From an uncultured Gammaproteobacteria bacterium (GTDB lineage: Bacteria > Patescibacteriota > Patescibacteriia > Magasanikbacterales > GWA2-37-8), in the NCBI GenBank assembly GCA_964482695.1, contig CAYZYP010000004.1:1-62385 (forward strand): DNA of 62,385 nucleotides. The letters run 5' to 3'. The notes beneath the pieces are model-generated. The model saw only the letters and a list, made by a program, of their open reading frames with translations, was not told the origin of the DNA and did not search any database. Numbering within the stretch: the stretch's first letter is position 1; every line of letters begins with the position of its first letter. This document shows positions 45,650 through 54,268 of this stretch, one piece after another. Position numbers and translations under genes: made by a program.

Positions 45650-47125
45650 ATGTCTCCACTTGTTATAGATTTACCATTTGGCATAAGCGTAGACCTTTCC
45701 TTTTGGATAGGCATTTTCCAATTAGGAAGCTGGGAGATGTTTAAGACAATTTTTGCTATAATTGGCTGGGAAGTTCTGGCTGTTGTTTTTATTTACATGG
45801 GGGAAATAATGTGGTTGAAATACCGCCAAAGCATGTATGAATCACATTGGAAATGGGTGTTACTGGCAGTGGACATTCCAGAAGAAACTATCCAGAGTCC
45901 CAAAGCCGTTGAACAAATTTTTGCTCATTTAAGCGGCGCACTACTACACACCAATATTGCAGAAAAGTATTGGCACGGTGAAAAGCAAAAATGTTTTAGT
46001 TTAGAAATTATTAGCATAGAAGGTTATATCCAATTTTTAATACACACCGAAGCGGCTTTTAGAGATTTGGTTGAAGCGTCTATTTATGCCCAATATCCGC
46101 AAGCAGAAATTACCGAAGTAGAAGATTATGTTAATAATATTCCTCGTAAATATCCAAACGACACCCATGATGTTTTTGCTGTTGAATTTGGCTTAAATGC
46201 CAATGAAACTTTTCCTATTCGTACTTATAGTGAATTTGAGTACAGTATTAGTAAAGATGTGGTATTTAGTGACCCGATGGCATCATTGTTGGAGACTTTT
46301 TCGCGTGTAGGAGCCGGAGAAAATTTTTGGATGCAAATTATTATTGAGCCAACTGGTAATTCTTGGAAAGAAAAAGGCGTTGAATTAGCTAAAAAAATTA
46401 TAGAACATCGCGGTTTGGATATAAGCGGCGGTCATGCCCATAATTCTTGGGCGAGTAAGATTGGAGAAATACCAATGAAATTAATGCAAGAATTATTTAA
46501 TATTTGGCATTGGCAGTTTGAGCCAAGCGAAGAACACGCTGTTGAGGTTGAACCACTAGGTAAGATGCAAGAGTTAACTCCAGGGCTAAAAGACGCTGTT
46601 GAAGCGATAGAAACTAAAATTTCACGCGTTGGTTTTAAGAGTAAAATTAGAGTTTTGTATATTTCACGGAAAGAAATTTATAATCCAATGAAATTAATTA
46701 AAGCGTTTATTGGTTCAATTAATCAGTTTTTTAACAGTACTCGCAATGGTATTGTCCCAAAATTAGCCACGCAGTTTCATTATGCCTTTAAAAAATCAAG
46801 AACTGCTCATGCCAAAAATAGACTTGTTAAAGCTTATATAAAGAGAAAAATAAAAACTGGCATTAATCCATATATTTTAAATACCGAAGAATTAGCCACT
46901 GTTTGGCATTTCCCGTTGCCATTTGTCAAGGCACCGTTGGTGCAAAAAGCATCTACTAAACGCGTAGAACCGCCAATAAACTTACCTTTAGAAACTTTTG
47001 AAGATTTTCCACTAGTTATTGATGAGGATAAAAAAGATAATTCAGATATCAAAGCTGATACTAATCGCAGTGATAAAATAACCACCGATAGCGGCTCTTT
47101 TCCCAATGATATTAATTATGGGTAA
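45650..47125 (+). CDS. hypothetical membrane-anchored protein (two N-terminal TM segments plus a large soluble domain)
   Basis: 491-aa ORF. No catalytic motif recognised. Confidence 0.5.
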   Translation: MSPLVIDLPFGISVDLSFWIGIFQLGSWEMFKTIFAIIGWEVLAVVFIYMGEIMWLKYRQSMYESHWKWVLLAVDIPEETIQSPKAVEQIFAHLSGALLHTNIAEKYWHGEKQKCFSLEIISIEGYIQFLIHTEAAFRDLVEASIYAQYPQAEITEVEDYVNNIPRKYPNDTHDVFAVEFGLNANETFPIRTYSEFEYSISKDVVFSDPMASLLETFSRVGAGENFWMQIIIEPTGNSWKEKGVELAKKIIEHRGLDISGGHAHNSWASKIGEIPMKLMQELFNIWHWQFEPSEEHAVEVEPLGKMQELTPGLKDAVEAIETKISRVGFKSKIRVLYISRKEIYNPMKLIKAFIGSINQFFNSTRNGIVPKLATQFHYAFKKSRTAHAKNRLVKAYIKRKIKTGINPYILNTEELATVWHFPLPFVKAPLVQKASTKRVEPPINLPLETFEDFPLVIDEDKKDNSDIKADTNRSDKITTDSGSFPNDINYG

Positions 47126-47141
47126 AGATAAATGGAATTTT

Positions 47142-47678
47142 TTAATAGTTATTTTTTTCATCTACAGTTTGGAGTAATAACTTAGATGATTTAATAAAAT
47201 ACAAAAGTTCAAGGCCACCGATTAGAACAAAGGTATAAAATAAATCTCCTAACAAACTATTGCGGAAAAAGGGGACAGCCATGTAGTAACTTTGCAAAAG
47301 ACCATAAAAATTATGGGTATACATTGAGCCAAAAGCCCAAACCGCCCAGTTGGTAATTAAAAAAAATAAAATACTGCCTAGCAAAGCTCCACCTAAGATA
47401 GTGTGAAATTTTTTATTTTTCTTGATATAACTGCCAATAACTGCTATCAAAACAAAAGCAGTATAAACCGCCAACATTATCGGCCAATTATAGAACCCGA
47501 TAAATAAATCGCTGATAAACATCGCGGGCAGAGTGATAAGCAGAGACCATCTGGTTGGCAAATAAATGGCCCCAAACAGGGCAATAGCACCAATAGGGGC
47601 AAAGTTAGCTGGGTGGGGTAGGAAGCGGCAAATAACGCCTAACATGATAAGTAAGACAATAGGGATGTATTTTTGCAT
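47142..47678 (-). CDS. small 6-TM putative vitamin (cobalamin) transporter, ECF-S-component-like
   Basis: 178 aa with 'RFLPHPANFAPIGAIALFGAIYL'. It is the last gene of the riboswitch-controlled operon. Confidence 0.5.
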   Translation of the reverse strand: MQKYIPIVLLIMLGVICRFLPHPANFAPIGAIALFGAIYLPTRWSLLITLPAMFISDLFIGFYNWPIMLAVYTAFVLIAVIGSYIKKNKKFHTILGGALLGSILFFLITNWAVWAFGSMYTHNFYGLLQSYYMAVPFFRNSLLGDLFYTFVLIGGLELLYFIKSSKLLLQTVDEKNNY

Positions 47679-47715
47679 ATAAATTTTTCAATGATTTTTT
47701 AAGTTCTATGTTTAA

Positions 47716-49524
47716 TTATACAATATACTTCAACAATTTCCAACCCAAGTATAGTCCAAGAATAAGGGCGCCAGAACCAGAGGTGGCGGCTACTTTTTTG
47801 GCAGTAGAACGAGCGGATGAAGTTGGTATTAATTCAGTAGGGGTTTCTTTTGCAAGTTGTTGTTTTGCTTGCCCGCTATTTGTGTAAGTAAAATTATTTT
47901 TATCCTCAGTTGGTTGTTGTTTTTTTGTTTTACTAGTTTCAGTTATTTTTGTTAATTTGGGTTTTGCTATTTCTTTGGTACTGTTTGCGACGTTCAATTT
48001 TATTTTTTCAATCACAGTAGATGTAGTGGTTGTACTAGTAGTCGCGACGCTACTTGAAGCAGTGATTGATATTAAAATAGTGCTAGTTGTTGTGATGGCA
48101 GTTGACGAAGAAACAGTAGAGGTTGTAAAAATAATTGTTGTTGTAGGTATGGTTACCGTTGATGTAGTTGAACTTGTGTTATTGTTTAATTGTTCAAAGT
48201 TGGGATTGGCGCCGGAATATTGATTTTGTGAAAAACGCGGTTCAATTGGCCAACTTTGGCCTAATAACGCTGGTACACCATGCTTGGTGGCAAACCAATC
48301 TGTTGTGCCAGGCGCCCAGTTTGGTTCGTAATAGCCACTGTTATTTAAAGTCTCTATTAATATATTCCATGGATTTTTATTATCTTTAAACCAATCTGTC
48401 TGGCTTTCGTTTAATGAGCTTATACCCATTATAGCCCAGCTAGTGGTTAAAGCATCACTACTAAAATAACCCCAGCCGCCATCGTCTAACTGTTGTGTTT
48501 TTAAATAATTTTTTGCTTTTGTGAAAATTGTTTCATCTAAGTTTATTCCTTTATTTCGCGCGTATTTGAGAGTGTTAACAGCGCCGCCGGTAATATCAGC
48601 GCCAGGCCAGCCATCCCAAGTAAAAGCGCCATCTACAGTTTGATCCTCTGTGATAGTTTTTATTATATCTTGAATAATATTTTCGGCAATGTCAGTGCCG
48701 GCAGAAAGAAGCGCTATTAGTCCAAAAATATCGTCGTTTATACCTCTTTGTCCATAAAGATTATTTAAATAACACTTGCTTTTAATGTCGTTGATTATTT
48801 GTCGCATTAGGTTATCCGAGGTATCTAGGCCAGAAGTATATAGGGCTAGATAATGGCGTGGATAAGCCGCGCAGATATTTATGTCGCTAGCATCGGTAAA
48901 TTGATAATTTTTAGCATATTCAAACAAAGATAATCCGTCGTATTTTTTTATTTCCGCAGGATTTTGTCCAGCGGCCACAAAAGACATTATAGACCAGTCG
49001 GTAATACCAGCGTCAATAATTTTTCCGGTTTTATCTTGTTGGAATTTTAGATAGTTTAAAATTTTATTTACTGCTTGATTTATTTGTTCGCTGGATATTA
49101 TAGTTGGCGCGGTAGAAGAAGTTGTTGCGGCGGTATCGGTAGTGTTAGTGTCAATAGGAGTGGAAGTGGTAGCGGGCGAACCGCCAGTAGAATGGTTAGT
49201 GTTAGAGTTAGTTTGGCCTTGATTAGTAGTAGTGGAGTTGGTTGAAGTGGTGTTTGTTGTGGTACTTGTTGTGCTAGGTAAAGTGCTACTAGTAGAGGTT
49301 ATGGTGGTTGACGACGCGGTCGCGGTGGTTGTAGCTGTCACAGTTGTTGTATTTGTAGATATGGTAGAGGTAACAGTCGTGCTAGTTGTGGCAATGGTTG
49401 TGGTCGTGGCAGTGTTAACAGTAGAAGTTGTAGAGGAAGTGGTTTCTGCGTTAGAAAACGATACAAAAAACAAACAGCCGGCAAGAACAATGGTAGCGAA
49501 TAATAAATTATTGGTAGTTTTCAT
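47716..49524 (-). CDS. surface-anchored alpha/alpha-toroid (prenyltransferase/squalene-oxidase-repeat-like) protein with Thr/Ser-rich stalks
   Basis: Signal peptide, two Thr/Ser low-complexity regions, the repeat signature 'QQLDDGGWGYFSSDALTTSWAIMG', and a C-terminal TM anchor. Confidence 0.6.
   Translation of the reverse strand: MKTTNNLLFATIVLAGCLFFVSFSNAETTSSTTSTVNTATTTTIATTSTTVTSTISTNTTTVTATTTATASSTTITSTSSTLPSTTSTTTNTTSTNSTTTNQGQTNSNTNHSTGGSPATTSTPIDTNTTDTAATTSSTAPTIISSEQINQAVNKILNYLKFQQDKTGKIIDAGITDWSIMSFVAAGQNPAEIKKYDGLSLFEYAKNYQFTDASDINICAAYPRHYLALYTSGLDTSDNLMRQIINDIKSKCYLNNLYGQRGINDDIFGLIALLSAGTDIAENIIQDIIKTITEDQTVDGAFTWDGWPGADITGGAVNTLKYARNKGINLDETIFTKAKNYLKTQQLDDGGWGYFSSDALTTSWAIMGISSLNESQTDWFKDNKNPWNILIETLNNSGYYEPNWAPGTTDWFATKHGVPALLGQSWPIEPRFSQNQYSGANPNFEQLNNNTSSTTSTVTIPTTTIIFTTSTVSSSTAITTTSTILISITASSSVATTSTTTTSTVIEKIKLNVANSTKEIAKPKLTKITETSKTKKQQPTEDKNNFTYTNSGQAKQQLAKETPTELIPTSSARSTAKKVAATSGSGALILGLYLGWKLLKYIV
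47995..48190 (-). repeat. second low-complexity Thr/Ser-coding tract (approximate limits)
   Basis: Encodes 'TSSTTSTVTIPTTTIIFTTSTVSSSTAITTTST...'. Confidence 0.6.
49090..49445 (-). repeat. low-complexity Thr/Ser-coding tract (approximate limits)
   Basis: Runs of ACN/AGY/TCN codons encode 'TTSSTTSTVNTATTTTIATTSTT...'. Confidence 0.6.
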
Positions 49525-49556
49525 AATTGAAATGAGTGAAAGAAAAACGAATGAAA

Positions 49557-50141
49557 TTATATCTTAATATATTTCCAAGTGATGATATCATTAGATCTGA
49601 TAATATAACTAGATATACCTACTTTGGCAGATTCATCATTAATATAGTAAACCCAGTACTTATTTTGTTGGCCATTTTTAATACCATTAATTTCTTCTAT
49701 CAAAAATCCTAAACTTCCATAATCTTTGCTTTTAAAATCAAGGCTAGCGTTTTGTTGTAACAACAGCATGGCGTTATAGGCTGTTGTGGTAGCTGTAAGC
49801 TGGAGATTATAAGTTGTCTCTGCTATTTTTATTTTAGAATTCAAGCAATTTTGTTGGCAATTAACAAATATTTTATTTTCATCTTTGTTTTTTGCCGCTG
49901 GCTTTTTGTTGGTTGGTGAAGACGATGTTATTGTTTGTTGTTTGATTTCAGCGGTATTTTTGGTTGGTATTTTTTGAGTTGTAGTAGTAGAGTTATTGGT
50001 ATTATTTGGTTCGTTGGTTTTGTATTCTGTGTTTAAAGGGGATGTAGTAGCCAAAGCATACCAGCCACTAATAGCTGTTGTTAATAACAGGGTTATAAAT
50101 AAAATTAAATGATATTTGTGTTTTTTAGCAAATTCGCGCAT
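49557..50141 (-). CDS. DUF4430-type (transcobalamin/intrinsic-factor beta-domain-like) secreted protein
   Basis: N-terminal TM/signal. The C-terminal 'GSLGFLIEEINGIKNGQQNKYWVYYINDESAKVGISSYIIRSNDIITWKY' matches the DUF4430 pattern. Confidence 0.7.
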   Translation of the reverse strand: MREFAKKHKYHLILFITLLLTTAISGWYALATTSPLNTEYKTNEPNNTNNSTTTTQKIPTKNTAEIKQQTITSSSPTNKKPAAKNKDENKIFVNCQQNCLNSKIKIAETTYNLQLTATTTAYNAMLLLQQNASLDFKSKDYGSLGFLIEEINGIKNGQQNKYWVYYINDESAKVGISSYIIRSNDIITWKYIKI

Positions 50142-50154
50142 AAAATACTTGTTT

Positions 50155-50184
50155 AAAAATAAAATCTTCCCAAGTAGGAAGATT
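50155..50184 (-). terminator. riboswitch expression-platform terminator
   Basis: Minus strand reads AATCTTCC-TACTTG-GGAAGATT followed by TTATTTTT. It ends about 14 nt before the ATG at 50141. Confidence 0.6.
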
Positions 50185-50225
50185 AAAGATAAAAAATAAT
50201 CAGCATTTCCTGCTCGGAATACACA

Positions 50226-50319
50226 TATATTTGAAGACCGGACTTATTCTCCCGCCAAAGGCGGGGGACTTTACCGTTGCGGCACAGTGGAGGAATTTTA
50301 CCTCACTTCCACAAATATA
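50226..50319 (-). promoter_or_regulatory. cobalamin riboswitch aptamer (compact, class-II-like)
   Basis: Minus strand reads TATATTTG-[GTGGAAGTGAGGTAAAATTCCTCCACTGTGCCGCAACGGTAAAGTCC...AAGTCCGG...]-CAAATATA. GGAA...GGTAAAATTCC...CCACTG...ACGGTAAAGTCC resembles the Cbl core, closed by an 8-bp helix. Confidence 0.6.
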
Positions 50320-50337
50320 CGGATGAATTGTAATTCT

Positions 50338-50366
50338 AGTTTAATGAGTTTACTAGCGTCTGTCAA
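50338..50366 (-). promoter_or_regulatory. sigma70 promoter of the riboswitch operon
   Basis: On the minus strand: TTGACA (50366-50361), 17-nt spacer, TAAACT (50343-50338). Confidence 0.6.
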
Positions 50367-50442
50367 ACAGGGGTGTGGATAACATTAAATTATTTTTTCA
50401 CTTTTTTGTCAAAATAACCGTAAAAATTATAAAAATATGACT

Positions 50443-51162
50443 TTATTCTTTATATTTCAGTAACTCAGATATTGTAACAAAAATATAGCCTTTTTCTTTT
50501 AATCCGCTTATAATTTTTGGTAGGGCTTCTCTGTCTGATTCACAATTTTTTCCGCAAAAAGGATGAAGTAATATTATTGACCCTGGCCTGATATTTTCAA
50601 AAACATTTTTTACAATAAGATTTGTATTGTTAGAGAAATATGTATCTGGTTCTAAATTCCACATAATTGTCTTAATATTATTTTGGCTAAGATACCAAGG
50701 CAAACCAAATAATTTTTTACCATTTGGAGGGCGAAATGTAATTTCACCGGTGTATCCAGCATTGCGAATAAGCAAATCAGTCTTTTTTATTTCATTTTTA
50801 ATAAATGATTGGGATTTTAAAATAAAACGTTTATGTGAATATGAATGGTTTCCGAGTTCATTTCCTTGTTGGACAATCGCCTTGGCTTGATCGGGATAAT
50901 TTTCTAAAGATTGGCCAATAGCGTAAAAAGTAGCATGGACATTATTTTTTGATAATATTTTTAAAACCTCATTTGTATATTCTGTGGGTGCATCATCAAA
51001 TGTTAATGCCACAACTTTTTGATCAGTATTTACATGACTAATTAGGACTCCAAAAATTTGTAAAGTCCTTGATTCGCTTAGCTCAAATAACCCATAGACA
51101 ACCATTGCCAGTATAATCAACAGTAATGAGCTTGCTAAATATTTATTACAATTAATTTTCAT
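50443..51162 (-). CDS. membrane-anchored polysaccharide deacetylase (NodB homology domain)
   Basis: 239 aa with an N-terminal TM segment. 'LTFDDAP', 'HSYSH' and 'RPPNG' motifs seen. Confidence 0.85.
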   Translation of the reverse strand: MKINCNKYLASSLLLIILAMVVYGLFELSESRTLQIFGVLISHVNTDQKVVALTFDDAPTEYTNEVLKILSKNNVHATFYAIGQSLENYPDQAKAIVQQGNELGNHSYSHKRFILKSQSFIKNEIKKTDLLIRNAGYTGEITFRPPNGKKLFGLPWYLSQNNIKTIMWNLEPDTYFSNNTNLIVKNVFENIRPGSIILLHPFCGKNCESDREALPKIISGLKEKGYIFVTISELLKYKE

Positions 51163-52016
51163 TATTTCGTTGTTTGAAAATATTTATTTACGACTGCTTT
51201 CCAATCGTCAATTCGAGCATGGTTTTTTTTTGTTCTGCCTATAATTTTTAATAGTTGATCATACATTTGATTATCCTGCGTTTTTTTTAGCTTTAACAAA
51301 AACAAACGTAAGGGATCTTCACTACCTTGCACACAAGATGCCTTAAGCGCTCTAAAAAGTCCTTGGTCATCTGGACACTGCGCCCAGAGATAGTTAATCA
51401 TGTGACGTTCAAAGTAACCACTGTTTTCGATTTCTTTGAGTTCTTCGTCACTGAAAACCTTGTCATCTGCTGCAATCCAGTCTGTTACTGCCTCCCAAAA
51501 TAAAAAGCGTTGATTGTGATATTCTACCTCTTCAAAAACGCTAGGTACAGAAGATAAATCAACAGAATTAGTTTCGTCTCTGAATCTTTTAAATTTATAT
51601 CCGCCGACATAATCATAAAAAGTTTGCATATCTAATTTTCTCATTGGATCATGTGGCACAAAAACAGGTTTTGGTGTCATCAAATGCACAGACTCATGTA
51701 AGAGTGTATGTAAGGTGTTAGCACGGGACGACCCCATCATTACGATCGGGACACGTTTGACTTCTGTCTCACTGACCTCAAGACGCATGAGTCCGTCTGC
51801 GCCAGCATCTTTAGGGTTAGTTTTTGCGATTTCTGTCATTCGTTCAGGTGTAACGAATTGTATATTATTAATATCTAGCAATCTTTTTTCCAGCTCCGCA
51901 CTTTCTAAAACGTCACTAAAAATATCACGGAGTTCACGTCGCGCAATTATTTTGTATTCTGTTTGTTGTATTTCTATTTCGGCTGTTGTTTTATGTTCAG
52001 AATTTCGATTTTTCAT
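51162..52016 (-). CDS. hypothetical protein with an HExxH motif (possible metallopeptidase)
   Basis: 284 aa with 'TLLHESVHLM'. Its stop overlaps the deacetylase start (TAATG at 51160-51164). Confidence 0.5.
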   Translation of the reverse strand: MKNRNSEHKTTAEIEIQQTEYKIIARRELRDIFSDVLESAELEKRLLDINNIQFVTPERMTEIAKTNPKDAGADGLMRLEVSETEVKRVPIVMMGSSRANTLHTLLHESVHLMTPKPVFVPHDPMRKLDMQTFYDYVGGYKFKRFRDETNSVDLSSVPSVFEEVEYHNQRFLFWEAVTDWIAADDKVFSDEELKEIENSGYFERHMINYLWAQCPDDQGLFRALKASCVQGSEDPLRLFLLKLKKTQDNQMYDQLLKIIGRTKKNHARIDDWKAVVNKYFQTTK

Positions 52017-52196
52017 ACGATAATTTTAAAAAATCGTGATCACTTTCCGGATGAATTTGAAATCCGACATAATTGTTATTTTCATATTTTTATCTTTCGG
52101 CGTTAAGATACCAAATTTTATAAACCTATCAATTACAGCTCAGTCACATTGCCATTGTGGTAACCGAGTAATTTTTTGTGCTTTTTAAGTTATTTT

Positions 52197-53621
52197 TTAT
52201 TTGTTATTCATCAAAACATCCTTTTCCACCAAAAACACGCCATCATTCTTGGCTAGTTTTACCATTTCAGGCGTAAAACCACTCTTGCTAAATAAAATAA
52301 GATATTCCTTTCGGTCATTTTTATTCCACTCTACTTTTTTCGTTTTCTTTTTTAATTCTTCGTAAATATTTGTGCCCACCGGCTTTTCCGACCACTTGCA
52401 TTCGCCAAAAATTATTTTATTTTCGGAAGAGCTGAATCCCACGACGTCAATTTCTTGATTATTGTCCCAATAACGACCCACTCGTTCAAACGCAAAAATC
52501 TTGTCTCGCCAAGTCGTTAACAGCTCAACTGCGACTCGTTCATACACTTGCGCGGCAATACTTTTAAAACCGGAATTTACCTTGTCGTCATATTTTAAGC
52601 CACTAAACATCTTTTCCAGTACATAATCATAATTGTCCATTTCCAAATAGCTTTTGTAGGGGAAAATATATTGAAACCAAAAAACAAAAAAATTATCGGA
52701 AATTTTGTATAGCCCTTTGCGAGATTTATCCGGCTTATCTTCGGTTATTGGCACTTCGCGTTTTACCAAGCGCAGATTGATCAGCACGGAAAGATACTTA
52801 TTAGCGGTGGCCTTGTCCAGTCCAGTTTCATTAACGATTTCGCTTAATTTTCTTTTACCGAGCGCAATGGCGCGTAAAATTGCCAAATAATTTTTAGTTT
52901 CGCGCAGTTCTTCTTTGAGGGTGAATTCCACCTCGTTGTACAAAAAAGCGGTTTTGTTAAAAATTTTTTTCTTAATTTCATCGGAAATTTCTCCACCACC
53001 CTCAAACTGTTTAAGATAGGCGGGCATGCCGCCGGTGATGGTATAAATATTAAGAAAATCAGAAAAATTTTTTTTCGGGAAAAATTTTTGTGCTTGCGAA
53101 AAATTTAATGGATCAATCAAAATTTGGCCGGTGCGACGGCCAAACAGGGGAGCGCTTTGACTTAGTGTTTCCGATTCCATCATGGCGATACTTGATCCAG
53201 ACAATATTAAAAATATTTTGGTATTTTTCAAGTATTCATCCCAGCCCTTTTGAAAAAGAGAACTGGTGGATTTATCGTTTTCAGTAAGATAAGGATATTC
53301 ATCTATCGCCAAAATCAGAGGCTCGGTAGTTGCTTTTGTTTTTAAATATGAAAATACTTCTATCCAATCACCAAAGCCATTTTTGATTAAAATTTCATCT
53401 TTAAAGTAACTGCCGACGATTTGGCCCAACTCTCGCAATTGATCTGCGGTAGTGCGCTTGTCGGCCAGAAAATATAGTGCTGACTTGTCTTTGATAAATT
53501 GTTTAATCAATTCAGTTTTACCAACGCGTCGTTTGCCGTAAATAATAAAAAACTGGGCAATATTGGATTGCCATTTTTCATTAAGCACCTTTAATTCTTG
53601 TTCACGGTTGATAAAAGGCAT
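52197..53621 (-). CDS. AAA-type ATPase with a C-terminal wHTH/DUF234-like region (archaeal-ATPase family)
   Basis: 474 aa with Walker A 'IYGKRRVGKT' and Walker B-like 'LILAIDEYPYL'. The later region 'LAILRAIALGKRKLSEIVNETGL' is wHTH-like. Confidence 0.75.
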   Translation of the reverse strand: MPFINREQELKVLNEKWQSNIAQFFIIYGKRRVGKTELIKQFIKDKSALYFLADKRTTADQLRELGQIVGSYFKDEILIKNGFGDWIEVFSYLKTKATTEPLILAIDEYPYLTENDKSTSSLFQKGWDEYLKNTKIFLILSGSSIAMMESETLSQSAPLFGRRTGQILIDPLNFSQAQKFFPKKNFSDFLNIYTITGGMPAYLKQFEGGGEISDEIKKKIFNKTAFLYNEVEFTLKEELRETKNYLAILRAIALGKRKLSEIVNETGLDKATANKYLSVLINLRLVKREVPITEDKPDKSRKGLYKISDNFFVFWFQYIFPYKSYLEMDNYDYVLEKMFSGLKYDDKVNSGFKSIAAQVYERVAVELLTTWRDKIFAFERVGRYWDNNQEIDVVGFSSSENKIIFGECKWSEKPVGTNIYEELKKKTKKVEWNKNDRKEYLILFSKSGFTPEMVKLAKNDGVFLVEKDVLMNNK

Positions 53622-53728
53622 ATTTTTAGTGTTTGTTCAATATACTTGTAAGTAGTATACCTTATGAGTATACTATGTGTCAATAGTGCATTTTTTATCA
53701 TATTTTAGCCAAAAAGCGGGGCAAGTTA

Positions 53729-54190
53729 TTAAGAAATCGTTTTAGCCATAACAAAGATTTCCAATTTTTTATCATTTACAGGATGTAAATCTTTTTTTAT
53801 GACTTTATATCCTTGTTTTTTGTAAAATTCTTTTGCGGTGACTGTGCCTTTTAATGTAACTCTTTTACATCCGTGTTTTTTGAGCGAGTCTTCCGCAACT
53901 TTGAGGAGGCGAGAACCAATGCCCTTGCCAATATAATTCTTGTGAATATACAAACCCCACAGTTCACAATTAAATCCATGATCGCAAAAGCCGACTATTT
54001 TATCATCTTCTATTGCGACCCATCTTTTACATTTATAAGCATTACTACGAAAACGTTCTGCATTTGTTCGAGCCGACCAAGCATAAATTTGATCTCCTGT
54101 ATAATCTTTGGAATTTACATTGCGAATTGTTTGTCGGTGAAGACGAGCGATTGCCACATAATCCCCATCTCTTGCTAAACGAATTCTCAT
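53729..54190 (-). CDS. GNAT-family N-acetyltransferase
   Basis: 153 aa with the acetyl-CoA motif A 'IHKNYIGKGIGSRLL'. Confidence 0.85.
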   Translation of the reverse strand: MRIRLARDGDYVAIARLHRQTIRNVNSKDYTGDQIYAWSARTNAERFRSNAYKCKRWVAIEDDKIVGFCDHGFNCELWGLYIHKNYIGKGIGSRLLKVAEDSLKKHGCKRVTLKGTVTAKEFYKKQGYKVIKKDLHPVNDKKLEIFVMAKTIS

Positions 54191-54212
54191 AACGTTTTAA
54201 ATTTAAAAATTT

Positions 54213-54248
54213 ATTTCGTACAATGTTCCTGCGTATGCGATGTTTTGC
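54213..54248 (-). repeat. intergenic repeat X, copy 1
   Basis: ATTTCGTACAATGTTCCTGCGTATGCGATGTTTTGC, 22 nt upstream of the GNAT start. Confidence 0.6.
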
Positions 54249-54268
54249 TAAAAATAGTTCACCTTAAT

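Noticed and set aside
49232-49567. A 111-aa Val-rich plus-strand ORF (with 47957-48223 similar).
   Set aside because: It is the reverse complement of the Thr/Ser-rich tracts (ACN read as NGT) of the surface protein. This is a compositional artefact.
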